Position numbers and translations under genes: made by a program. Under the pieces are notes generated by a model that saw only the letters and a list, made by a program, of their open reading frames with translations, was not told where the DNA came from and made no database searches. DNA of 59,865 bases, the filler included, from Sphacelaria rigidula (lineage: Eukaryota), in the NCBI GenBank assembly GCA_964200075.2. It is 6 parts of 6 records of this genome, joined end to end, with 100 filler letters (N's around TTAATTAATTAA, not from the genome) between each part and the next. Parts side by side here need not be neighbours in the genome. Positions count along the whole stretch, not along the records: positions 19,991 to 29,884 come from CAXNAA020007537.1; positions 29,985 to 39,878 come from CAXNAA020007538.1; 4 more parts are not named here. One strand, written 5' to 3'. Of the stretch, positions 26,609 to 37,686 are shown one piece after another. How positions within the stretch are numbered: position 1 is the stretch's first letter; each line of letters starts with the position of its first letter.

Positions 26609-28064
26609 CAATATTGGACCTGCGAGACTTGGGCTGGACTATCTTGGAAGACAATTCTTACGACAGTCCCCCCCCCCCCTCCCCCCCCCCAAAAACCAGC
26701 CCCAAGAGTGTTACAAAAAAATGATCATGCAGCGCCTGATGTTTGGGTCCAGGTCGCATGAAGCGCCTCACATCGGTGACATTGGCGAGAACTAACGCAA
26801 GCGTGGGAATTCCCAGCTGCTCCTTGTGCTCGCCTTTTTCCATTTCGATATACGTGAACATTTTGCCTCCCTAAGCCAGGCACTTTGGGTGCACTGCATA
26901 TGTGCCATCCACCCTCGACTCAGCGGGACCAACAATTTATACAGGTTGAATCCTGTCATCTCACGGAGAGAGTCAACTCGTATGAACTCTAATTCGTCCT
27001 GACCGTGGTGGGCTTATACGTGATGCGGTACATTCTGTCTATTACAACTATTGAGCATATGTTGTCCTGGGTGCGGACTGTAATGTTCACCGAATACTCA
27101 AAAAGTAGGAGAGGCTCCCATGACATGGAAGACTGGGGTTCCATTTTTGCCATGTAGTGGGGATTAGACGAGGAGCCTTCTATTCCTCTGCTGTGTATGG
27201 GGATCTGCTTTTTATTCATTTGTTAACGGTTCGGACGAGTCATTGCCGGTTCCAATAGCCAAATCCACGATTTCTTAGGCCTGATTGCTCGAAAGAGGGA
27301 AGAAAATCAACCGCTGGTCAAACAGGTCTCCACGCAACTTTTGTGTCATTCCACGTGCCTGGGCTGCGCGTACCTGTCTTGCAACGCTGAAAACAAAGCC
27401 CAAGGATTGATTCGTATAGTACGAATCAATTACACTAGAATCGAGTAATTTCCAGACGAATCAATTCGTCCGATCCTTGGGATCTTGGAATCGATGTACT
27501 AAGCGTGGCGGCAGAAGCCGCCGAAAACCTTGTTGATACATGTTGTCGTTGAGGTTGGGAAATCGCAAAAGTATCGGTGGTTGCGCCTGTGTAGGCGCCA
27601 AGCCAGAGGGCAAGCCCAATCGTACCTGTCCGTGCATGGATAACGACTGACTCACATATACACGTACCTTGATAATATGTAACGGCAGGCTGATGATGTC
27701 GAATGCCAATCACCGATACCATTTGATGTATCTATGATACCGTTAATGATGCACAAATCTGTATCTTTCTACTGTACTTTTGCTGGTTTTGTTTTGTTCT
27801 TGTAATGTTTTTGCCATTCTTTCCCTCCGTCGTTCATCGGTCTCTCATCATCCATCATCATCATTATCACCACCGTCATCGTGAGTCTTGAGTACGTACG
27901 TATCTTTCGATGGGCATGTGCCAAAATAAAAATATCCTCATCTTCCCCTCATATCTTGTTTCTTGTTGGTGAAAAAAAAAAACGTTTCGGGTCGTGTTGG
28001 TCTTCTTCTCCTCTTCGTCTCTACTTTTTATTTGTCTCATGTAATCGGATTCTGCTGTTTTCAG

Positions 28065-28191
28065 CAAGGCGACGGGGATGGACGCGCCGGATGCGGGGAG
28101 GCTGAGCCACATATACCAACTCTCTGGCTTCGCTGACCCGGTGTATGCCGAGGCTTGCGTAACGGTTCACGACTACGATATCGTTCTTGAG
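28065..28191 (+). CDS. COPB1: Coatomer subunit beta, exon (appendage domain start)
   Basis: [30 protein letters not shown] matches the conserved QLTGFSDPVYAEAYV.V..YDIVL motif; phase 2-0. Confidence 0.95.
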
Positions 28192-29884
28192 GTGGGTGGG
28201 AGGGTTTTCGGCATTTCCCCTATTTTTTCAAAATGGAATTATTGCGGTCAGTTGCCGGGAGACGGCTTGGTGGTTAAATCCATTGCGACCACGGACTCGT
28301 CTCAAGGAAGGGGAGGGGTTGAAAGTGAAATATATGTATAAGCTAGGCCAGCAGTCAATCCCGCATTCGCTTTCCACACCACAACTTGTCAAGTTTCCCA
28401 AGTCAGCGCGACTTGAGCATATTGCTGTGAACTGCAGATCAATCTGGTTACACACGGCACCGCCGCTGAACGAAAATGATTAAAAGAAAAAATGTACCGC
28501 ATGATATATGACCTTGACGACGGAATGAAGAAGAAAAAATGGAGAACGTGTCAGGATTCGAACCATGGATCTTTATAACTGGAGTTTCCTGTCTCACTTG
28601 GATTACAGGGGCGCGGCCGCGTCACACGAAAAGTGCGATGCGGCGCCCAATTTCAGGTAGTTTGGGCCGAAACTTGAACCGGATGTCGTGGACGCGAGTG
28701 CCCACAACGCTGTTCGGGGTGCAGCTATATTTATCAACTTTTCACGGTGCTATGTAGCATTTTCCCTGTTTTTGCTGAAACTTCAACTCGCTCGAACTTC
28801 CCGTATTTTTTCTCCTCTGTACCCCCTCCCCCCCCCTTTCCTGTAATGTTGCGCCTGTTGATGGTGAAGACGTTGTGTCAAAAAATTTCAGCGCCGAATC
28901 CCTCGAATTATCAACCGCATCGCCAGGATACGTAGAGTAGTACTGTCAGCCGGTCCAGCTTGTAGAAGAAACAGAAGAAACGTGTGTGAATAGCTTGCTT
29001 GTAACGTTTGGATATACTCATCTCTGGCGCACCATGTTCGATTTACCGAGGTATAATGAAACACTTCATGGAACGTGTACTTCCCACGAGACCTCTCCTT
29101 GTTTTGAAGGAATAACTCATAATCTTGTCACGTACCAGCAGCATAAACTTGAAATTTGATTGCCATGTCTAGATATTCACAATGGACCGTTATTATTTTG
29201 GGAGGCGTTATTACAGTGTCAAGTTCGCTAGCCATCATTAACCGCTCTTAGCATGCCCCGCCTCTGTATTCGTCTCTAGACCTTGGAGCAGGCCGAGACT
29301 GAAGTTTTACAAAAGGCAAAGCCTGGTCCGGCGAAAATCCGGCGTGCTCTGTCCCGGCATTGTAGGGATGCGAGGTCGATGGTCGTATGACAACGACGTC
29401 CAATATTATGAGTACACCCCTCTCTGGTGAGACAGCCATGAGACAGTGTGTAAGCCGTGGCTGTGTCTAGAAGTGGCGATACCAGAAAGGATGAAGCAAC
29501 TCATTGTAGGCTGTCATCCATATGCAAAATGAAGCAATCTTAGCAGGATGCAGCTCACCCTTCATGCGACTCGCCAAACACATCATGGTGCTTCGCGCTT
29601 GGTGATTTTTTATTGCGAGCCTGGTTCGGCGAGAGCGCGGCGTGCTCCGTCCCGGCTTTGTAGGGATGCGAGATCAATGGTCTCATCGCTACAGGCTGGT
29701 TCACGCTGATCACCCAAAATTGTGTCATCAGCAAATGCCTTTCGCATTACCTACCCAATAGTCGCACACATGGTATCACTCTGACCGCCATGGGCAGCTG
29801 AAGAGCGTGACATAGCCGGATTTGAGTGTAAGGCGATAGTGGTAGCGCTAAGGGCGAAAAAGTATATCGACCAATCAGCGCCCG

Positions 29885-29984
29885 NNNNNNNNNNNNNNNN
29901 NNNNNNNNNNNNNNNNNNNNNNNNNNNNTTAATTAATTAANNNNNNNNNNNNNNNNNNNNNNNNNNNNNNNNNNNNNNNNNNNN
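29885..29984. other. Artificial contig-joining spacer
   Basis: Same 100-bp spacer. Confidence 0.97.
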
Positions 29985-30799
29985 GACCTAATTAAAAGCG
30001 TAAAGAAAATAAAGCGGGGTGGCGTTGGATATTATTTTGAATCGTTTTTCGGAAGACGTGAAAAGAAAAAATGGGACCCCCCCCCCCCCCCCGCAATCTC
30101 CATGCTATCAAAAGACGCAAGATTGCACGAAACCCGTTTGTGGAATCGTGCGTGTTGCATTCTGTCGGCTCTTCCTCTTGGCCGTTTGCTGACGTAATGG
30201 ATGTGGGTATGTTAGGAGGAGGAGGAAGGATATGACTTCATTTCTTCATGGAATCTTACACCATGGAGCGACCATCTTAGCCAGCAAGCTACGCCTAGTA
30301 TGGTTGCGTGATCGGCTTCACCCTGTATGCTCGAGCCCCGCTCTCAAGCTCACCCGCCGCTGCACATTGCAGCTTTTACGGGGCCAAGAATATCGGCCGG
30401 CACACGGAGACGGGAAAGTTAGGGGTTTGCTCTCGCGTCGTGTGGGTTCACAAGAGTAACCGATGTTCTAGATGTAGCCGGTAGGTCATCTCCGTTTTCT
30501 GTTAGTTTTAGACAAGAACGCTTTTCCGTCTCGGTACACAGACGGCGTGTCAACTGTGCCAAATTCGATTCTGTTCTCTTCAGCAGAAGCATCATCATCA
30601 TCATCATCATCGTCATCGAAGAAACGTAAGTGTACCGACAACGCTGGCCCACGAGGACAGGGAACACGAACCGAAATGCCAACCAGTCATGGGACACTTT
30701 CCTTGTATGCCCCACCCGCCGTTAAATTCACCAGAAAAATACATGGACAAATGCATGAGCAATGGCCTGCGCTATGACCATCGTTTCCCATGTCCACAG

Positions 30800-31007
30800 C
30801 AGTCGCCGCCGTTACCATCACTACCGCCGTATGTCGCACGTATGGGGGAACAGGTTGTTCGGGCAATCAGGACCTCCCTCTGTGAGAAGACGGCGTTTTT
30901 CCATCGCCTTCGGCAGCTATGTTTTGCTGGCGTGCCTCGTTCTTCGGGCCTTGGAGGGGTGGAAACTGCTGGAGTCTGCTTACTTTGTGGTGGCAACACT
31001 AACCACG
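30800..31007 (+). CDS. K+-channel-like protein, exon with TM helix and pore helix
   Basis: FSIAFGSYVLLACLVLRALEGWKLLESAYFVVATLTT|GTAGGT; EGW....YF...TLTT signature of two-pore/Ion_trans_2 channels; acceptor uncertain by a few nt. Confidence 0.85.
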
Positions 31008-31046
31008 GTAGGTTCGATTGCTGGTTTATTCTTTTTGAGGAGTAAC

Positions 31047-31353
31047 TGCCGCTCCCCGGTGGTGTAATGGTGCGACTGTCGCCATTAGAGTGGAGAGAGC
31101 GAGGGTTCGATTCCCGATGCGTTGGGGTATTTTTTTCGTAATATCTGATTTCCACCGTGAAAAGCATGAGAACGTGAGTAAACCAAGTAGTCTACTGAGT
31201 TTGTTCGACGTGAGTTGACGCAGTGCGGGAGTGCTGATAGTCATGACCCAATCTGCGAGACCAAAATGCAAGGAGTGTACCGGAGGAGATATGGGATGAT
31301 CCCTTGAGACCACGGACTCAACTCGAGGAAGGGGAGGAGTTCAATGTGCGACA
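31047..31353 (+). mobile_element. tRNA-derived SINE family A, copy 1
   Basis: A box TGGTGTAATGG, B box GGTTCGATTCC, ~230-bp body shared with the 41732 copy. Confidence 0.8.
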
Positions 31354-32671
31354 TGGAAAAAGAAGCAGTGACTGATAACATGATGTTGGTCCTTCAGCAA
31401 CCGGACCTGAAGAAACCCACCACGAAACTCGATGAACAGTGGCGAATCACGTGCCAATGAGCAAAGGAGTAGAACATGACACGAATTAGGCGCGACGCAG
31501 TGATGGTGATGCAGCGAAGCTACAGGCTTTGAACGGTACCTCTTTGGTGGAAGTACCTGTCATGAGTCTGTAATCAATCACCATGCCTCGGGGGTCAAAC
31601 TGGCCCATCCAACACTCGTTTGGTAGGGTATCGTAGGTTGGAATCCTGGCAGTGAGTACGTGAGCGTCGACCGTCGGCTCTCTCTGGTTCATGTCGTCCT
31701 TGAACATTGTGGATTTGAGTTTTGAAAAAATAGCAACTTCGACATAATCGTAGGACGGCGGCCGTGCTGATCTGTTTGGTGATGAATTGCAAGGCATTGC
31801 TGTTGCGAGATGAGTTGATCGCTTCGAGACTACGGGCTCCCCAATGGGCAGTAGCAGCAGGAGTACGTTAAGAGAAGCAATCCCCACAAAACCAGCCGAT
31901 TGTCATTCGAGATATTGAGTAGTCCTGCCCACCAGGTACTGACAACAGTCCCACTTTCGTAGAGAAATGCGTTAAACGCGACGACGGGTGGGCGCAACTG
32001 CTAGTCGCATCTAACACTGTATAGTATTAGGTATCAGCGTTGTGCTGCACATCGCAGCAGGAGCAGCAGCAGTCACGTAGTGTTTGCGTAAAACATTCAG
32101 CAGCACCTGTGTCGTGCTTGGCCTCCATGCCACGTAGTGTTTGCGTAAAACATTCAGCACTGCCGCCGTGCCACGAGTTGATTATATATTGTAGCTAGAG
32201 CCCCCCATTCTTACTTCTCGAGGACTGGACAAGGGTTGAAGCACTTGTGGCAAACTCAACACATGTATTCGGCGCCTGCAGCTTAGACAGGTGCTGCCAG
32301 TACTCTAGCACATGAATCAGTAGGTCCTAGAAAGAACATAGGATCCACTCCGCATCGTTTCTCTTGATTAATACATGATGTGCCGTGTTGAAAAGGCAGG
32401 AACGTTGTACACGGAGGCACTCCATAATCAGAGGCACTTTATCACTACAACATAGGCACACGTCAGCGGGGAAGGCACGACTGGTATCATTGTACGGCTG
32501 AGCATTGCCGCTATCCGACATTTTTTCCCCCTGCGATGCAGCAATGCTGACCGCACTTGCGGCAAATATAACGATAGACTGCTACAGGGTGTCCCCGTCA
32601 GCGATTTCGTCAAAAGCGAGTTTTGAAAACCAGCACACGGAAGCAGCCCGGCGCGCGCGGCAAGACATGAA

Positions 32672-34381
32672 ATATTTCACACCCTGGACAATACAACATG
32701 TTTCCAATATATATTGGTCGATCATGATGGAATTTTGCGATATATTGCCGGTGTAATATATATTGGTATATTGTACCCTTAGACTGCACATGTATTGCGC
32801 GCCCAATATATATTGATGCCGTGGGACTGCATACATATTGCCCGCCCAATATATATTGGAACTATTGGGTGGAACACACATTGTCCCATCAATATATATA
32901 TATTGGGGCAGCGTGGGCGACAGCATATTGCACGACCAATATATATTAGGGTCGCATTGGTTAGGACATTTTGACGGGTCAACATATATTGGGTCCGCGT
33001 GGGTGACAGTGTATTCGCCGGTCATTATATATTAGATATTATAAGTATCGTGTACGCTCTAGGAGAGATCCAGACGCGATGGATGCAGGAGCCCGTGCAG
33101 GTTGGGAAAAGCTCTAAAGGGAGCCGCAGAAGTTCGCGTGCATTACTCCGGAAAGTTGTCAAATGCGTTTGATATATATATATATATATATGTATACTGG
33201 TTAGACAATATGGTGACAGAAGAGGCGACCCGGTATATATGCCTCCTGATACCTATTTGGCCACCGGTGCGGGGCCACCCACCCCCTTTCCAGCATGTCA
33301 TATTAATATCTTGGCTAAACATCACGACGACAGAAAACGCGGGTCGATATGCGCCTTTTGGTACCCCTGTGGTCACCGGGGCTGTGTTGCTTATACCCTG
33401 GACAATTTAATATGTTCCAAGATGATACCAATACTTTGCATTGGAGCCAGCGCAAATATTGTCCTTTCAATGTATATTGTGTTGAGATCTCCTCGGAGAT
33501 ATTGAAGCAACAACATATATTGCTCTTGTCACGATCATGAAGTAATGTATGTCAATATATTGGACCTGCAGTTGCTCCGGGAAATAATGTATGTCAATAT
33601 ATATTGGACATGCAGTTACTCCGAGAATAAACCATTCAATATATATTGTGCATGCCGGTCGTGTATGTATTGAAGTTTCAATATATATATTGAGTCGAGG
33701 CGATGCGTAGCATATTGTTACCATAATATATATATTGATCGCAAACCATGCAGAAGTGCTGTTTTTCCAATATATATTGCGCACGCTGATCGGATAGCTA
33801 TTGTGTTGCCAATATATATTGAACGCGCTTGCGGAGGAGTATATTGAGCCTTTTCGGCATGTAAAATACGTCTTTGAATGGCGCCCGCGAACAAAGAACT
33901 TCCCACCATACTAATTCCAATACACTTTCCAATCTTTATGTTGAAAATCAATATATTTGGCTACATCAACATGTATTGTGACCGTCGGTTCCCTCGTGTA
34001 TTGTCTGCCCAACATATGTTGGACGCATTGACGCACGACATATTGGGGCGGCAATATATATTGGCGCCTCGGGTATCGAGTATATTGAATCGTCAATATA
34101 TATTGACCTCGGGTGGCAGCAACTATATCACTCGATGAATATATACTGGTGCCCTCTCGCACCAACATATTTCTCGGCCAATATATATTGAGGTGGCGCG
34201 TGTCGTGATATATTGTTCGGTCGATATATATTTGTTTGTCGCGAGCCTTGATGTGTTGATGGCACAATATATATTGACCCTCTCTCGTGTCATCATATTG
34301 CTCGCCCAACCCGACGCATCGATATATTGAGCGGGCAATATTATATATATTACATATTGTATTGTCCAGGGTGTGAAATAT
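32672..34381. repeat. Inverted-repeat-bounded element with a 42-43-bp-period interspaced array (yATATTG-N6-CAATATATATTG-N17/18), ~26 units
   Basis: Terminal IR ATATTTCACACCCTGGACAATACAA / TTGTATTGTCCAGGGTGTGAAATAT; third end-like copy ACCCTGGACAAT at ~33395; three array blocks. Confidence 0.85.
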
Positions 34382-35348
34382 GTCCAAGTTTCTTGAAGCA
34401 CCAAATGGCAAAAGTAGTGAACAAATACACATTCCCGCGACTCGAGAGCAACGAGCTTTTATCACGGGCTTTTCGTATGCACTCAACCTTCAATGTTAAT
34501 TCGAGCTATATTTCGTTGGCTGGGTCTCACAGATGTGCACAAAAAACGCCGGGAGAACTTTACTTACGGCCAAAAATTTGACTCTTTGCTGGACCAGTTG
34601 TTTCCTCATTGCTCAGATCGGTTCCACTTGTCCTTGTGGCCATTTACCGCAGTGTTTGATTGCGTGAGTGTGCATTTTTTTAGAGACTAGGGACAGTCCG
34701 CCACGGGTTGCCGCCGAAGAATTTGACCCCCTTGATGAAAAACTCACCATCATTGCCCGTCTTTCATCGCGAATTATCCTAGTTGATCCCATTTTCATTC
34801 GCAGTCGCTTCACGGGTAAGTTTGTGGAGTTGGTCCGTGGTTTGAAGAAGATGAGAGAATGTTTCTTACTTTGTATCGACGTCGCTTACGCGGTCTGTCG
34901 TGTTCCTTTTGTTGGCATACCGCGTTAGCAAGCCCTACGGTCGGTGCGGTACGGTACGATAGGATACGATACCGTACGGTACGGTACACCATCTCTGAAT
35001 ATGGAAGCAAAAGCAGCCCCAAGCTACAACCCCGTGTGCAAACGTGTAAGCGTGTTGAACTGCTGGCTGCGAACAACAGACGTCGCCAAACACCGCCAGT
35101 GGTGATACGTGAGAAGTGTGCGCGAAATGTGGTCTGTGCGGAATGCTGAGGCTACCGGGAGAATATCTGCCCATGAAACAAGTTTAATCTTGGCCGAACA
35201 ATCACTTCGTGCACCCTTAACAGCGGAGTTTGTATCTTGACGTCAATATGCGAGTGCTGCTGTATACAAAATTTCATACCTTGGACAAGGAAAATGTATT
35301 GCATTGTCACAAAGTAGTCTGCTTACAGTACCGACTATTGCGCCTATT

Positions 35349-35697
35349 GTGTGTGTTGTCATCCTATCTATTCTGGACGCCGGTCTACATTTTTCGGTAT
35401 ATGTAGGCGCACCAGCCGGGGTCACACAGGAGAAAGGTCAACACAGGAGTTTTTCTCTTTCGTTTGTTCTACTTCTCCGCCTTCCTTCTGCGGTGCTTGC
35501 CCTTATTTTTATCGCGACAGGGGTTCAGCGTTCCCTTTCCCTCGTCGACCGTGAAGTCAAATTTTGTGTACCCACGATATGATCGCTCTCCACAGTTGGG
35601 CATTGTGTGAGGGACAATCCCAGCTCGCTCCGAGATTTGAACCCACGCCCCTACCGCCAAAAGGTTTCGAGGTTACCAACGGAGCCAGCGGGGCGAT
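35349..35697 (-). mobile_element. tRNA-derived SINE family B, copy 1
   Basis: Minus-strand head TCGCCCCGCTGGCTCCGTTGG...GGTTCAAATC; (CA)n tail; homologous to the 37337 copy. Confidence 0.75.
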
Positions 35698-36104
35698 CGT
35701 TACTCTATTGCAATAGACATTGGATTCCATACTGTACGCATTACACTTTTGACATGTAGTCGGTTGAGGTGTAGAGGATTCCAAAATCTTTGCAATTCAG
35801 GGGTGAGGAGAGTTAATTCGTTGGTTATATGACACGACATGACATGAAAAGTTTGCTGGAGAGGTTGGTCACTTCACCCGTTTGCCTTTTTTTGCATCTC
35901 CATGGCATGAGCTATTCTGATTTTGACGTAACGGCAGGTGGTGTTTTCCGCTGAACAGCCCCGTCATCGCTTCACTTCGTGTGTAGAAGCACACCGTCCC
36001 CACGGGAAGGATATGAACATGTCGCGGTCGGAGTGCTTCGTCACTGTATGAAGAGGGCGATTATCTTACGACTGTGCATACCGCTCTGCAACTCGATTTT
36101 ACAG

Positions 36105-36242
36105 GTTGGGTGTGCGGAAATCGTGCCGCGATGTCTTGTTTGCAAAGCGCTGGCCAGCTCGCTCGCGTTGGTCGGCCCTCTCTGTACAGCTTTGTTCTGG
36201 AGGGACGCTCGGGACCGCGCGTGGACTGCCGCTGTACTGCAG
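36105..36242 (+). CDS. K+-channel-like protein, next exon (filter and inner helix)
   Basis: TTTTACAG|VGCAEIVPRCLVCKALASSLALVGPLCTALFWRDARDRAWTAAVLQ|GT; 138 nt, phase 0-0; aligns by eye to VGYGDIVP.....K.......L.G. Confidence 0.75.
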
Positions 36243-37336
36243 GTGATTGCACATAACGGTGCCACCAAGGGTTAGGTTGGGGATGGAGTCAGGTTCGAAT
36301 GTGGCCTTGTTGTAGTGGGGCTGTCTCGCTGTTGACCTTTCACGGTGCCCATCCATTCACAATCCCCGAAGAGTCCTCACCACCTTCACCAGCCCGCTGG
36401 ACGACATGTTGTCGATGCGGTTACCGTTAGAGCTACCTCACTCTCCTGTTTCACCACATGGCGTCGTGGTATCCGTTTTGCTCCGTGTGTGCACGCGTAT
36501 ACTGATGAGAAAAGCATCCATCACACCATTCACGCTCCGACTCGAGCGGTGCCTCACGCATGCCTGCTTTGTGCTGACCGTCCTTTTGTTTCTGTTGGGC
36601 GGGTAAGACAGTCATCCATGCCACCGCCCGAGCGGGCGCGCTCTCGCTCCCCCGTTATGTTTGAGTACGACGAGCCTATGGAGGAGAAGGAGGCGCGAGC
36701 TGCGAGGGTGGCTGATGCCGTCTGGGTGAGAGCGCAAGATTATATTGTATTTCTTGCGAGATTGTACGTTGCCGCCTGCGAGGGATGAGAATGAGCCCAC
36801 CCGAAGAGGGAGGGGTTGCGGGCGTGCGTTTTGCTACTTGACGCATATTACACGCTGCTTCCTCTGAAGTTTGACGGGTTGATGGGATTGTAGGTTTTGA
36901 GGATGACCTGGAAAGTTAGCACGCGTCCCGGCGGAGGGTTCGAGAAAGTTGCAGCAAAGCGTGTAACCTTTGGGGATCTCCAACTTCAAGGTTTGCTGAA
37001 TCTTTCAAAACTAGTCTGCACTCGATTTTCCCTTCATGACGAACTTCTTGGAATTCGAAATTACTCATCTCAACTGTTTTTTTTTCTCTGCTCTCAGTCC
37101 GAACGTGGGTGAGAGTTGGGCCTGAAGCCGGAACGCTGAGCCGGGGACAAGTGGAGGAAATAATCATGTGGATTTTTTTTTACTCCAAAAAACGTGTCAT
37201 GCTCCAAAACTGTAATTGTGTCTTTTACTGGGCGTTAAGGTTGGCCAGATCGGATGATTCACCGTGTTGTTTGCGACGTTCTTTGACGTATCCATGAGTG
37301 GTATGATATGACAATTCGCCAGTCTCATTTTACTCT

Positions 37337-37686
37337 GGTCGCCCCGGTGGCTCAATTTTTATCTTCGAAACCCTCTGACGGTTGGGTCGGGGGTCCCAAC
37401 GTTGGTGAAGTCACACGATCTTCGATTTTTTTTCACATCATGCCCAACGGTGGATTGCGATTGTGTCGTGGGTACACAAATTCGACTTCACGGTCGACGA
37501 GGGAAAGGGAACGCTGAACCCCTCTCGCGATAAAAAATGAGGCAAGCACCGTAGAGGGAAGGTGGAGTAATGAAGAAGAAAAACTCGCATGTTGGCCTTT
37601 CCCCTGTGTAGCCCCGGCTGATGCGCCCACACATGCCGGAACATGTAGACTTGCCTCCGGAATAGATGGGACAACACACACACACA
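37337..37686 (+). mobile_element. tRNA-derived SINE family B, copy 2
   Basis: Reverse complement of 35349-35697, including a perfect 38-bp core; (CA)n tail. Confidence 0.75.

Noticed and set aside
30584-30625. Small exon with a (CAT)n tract upstream of the channel exon
   Set aside because: Good splice sites, but the reading frame relative to the next exon could not be fixed
31054-31125. tRNA genes here and at ~41741, ~35620-35697 and ~28545
   Set aside because: A/B boxes are present but there is no complete cloverleaf, and the first three continue into shared repeat bodies, as SINE heads do
32672-34381. Calling the array a CRISPR
   Set aside because: Eukaryotic intron, 12-bp repeats, partly related spacers, no cas genes; reported as an unexplained array instead
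32582-34486. NIY/QYI-rich ORFs over the array
   Set aside because: The 42/43-bp period shifts frame, so the peptides are just translations of the AT motif
36617-36788. Short ORF MPPPERARSRSP...
   Set aside because: Coding-like composition but short, with no recognisable family
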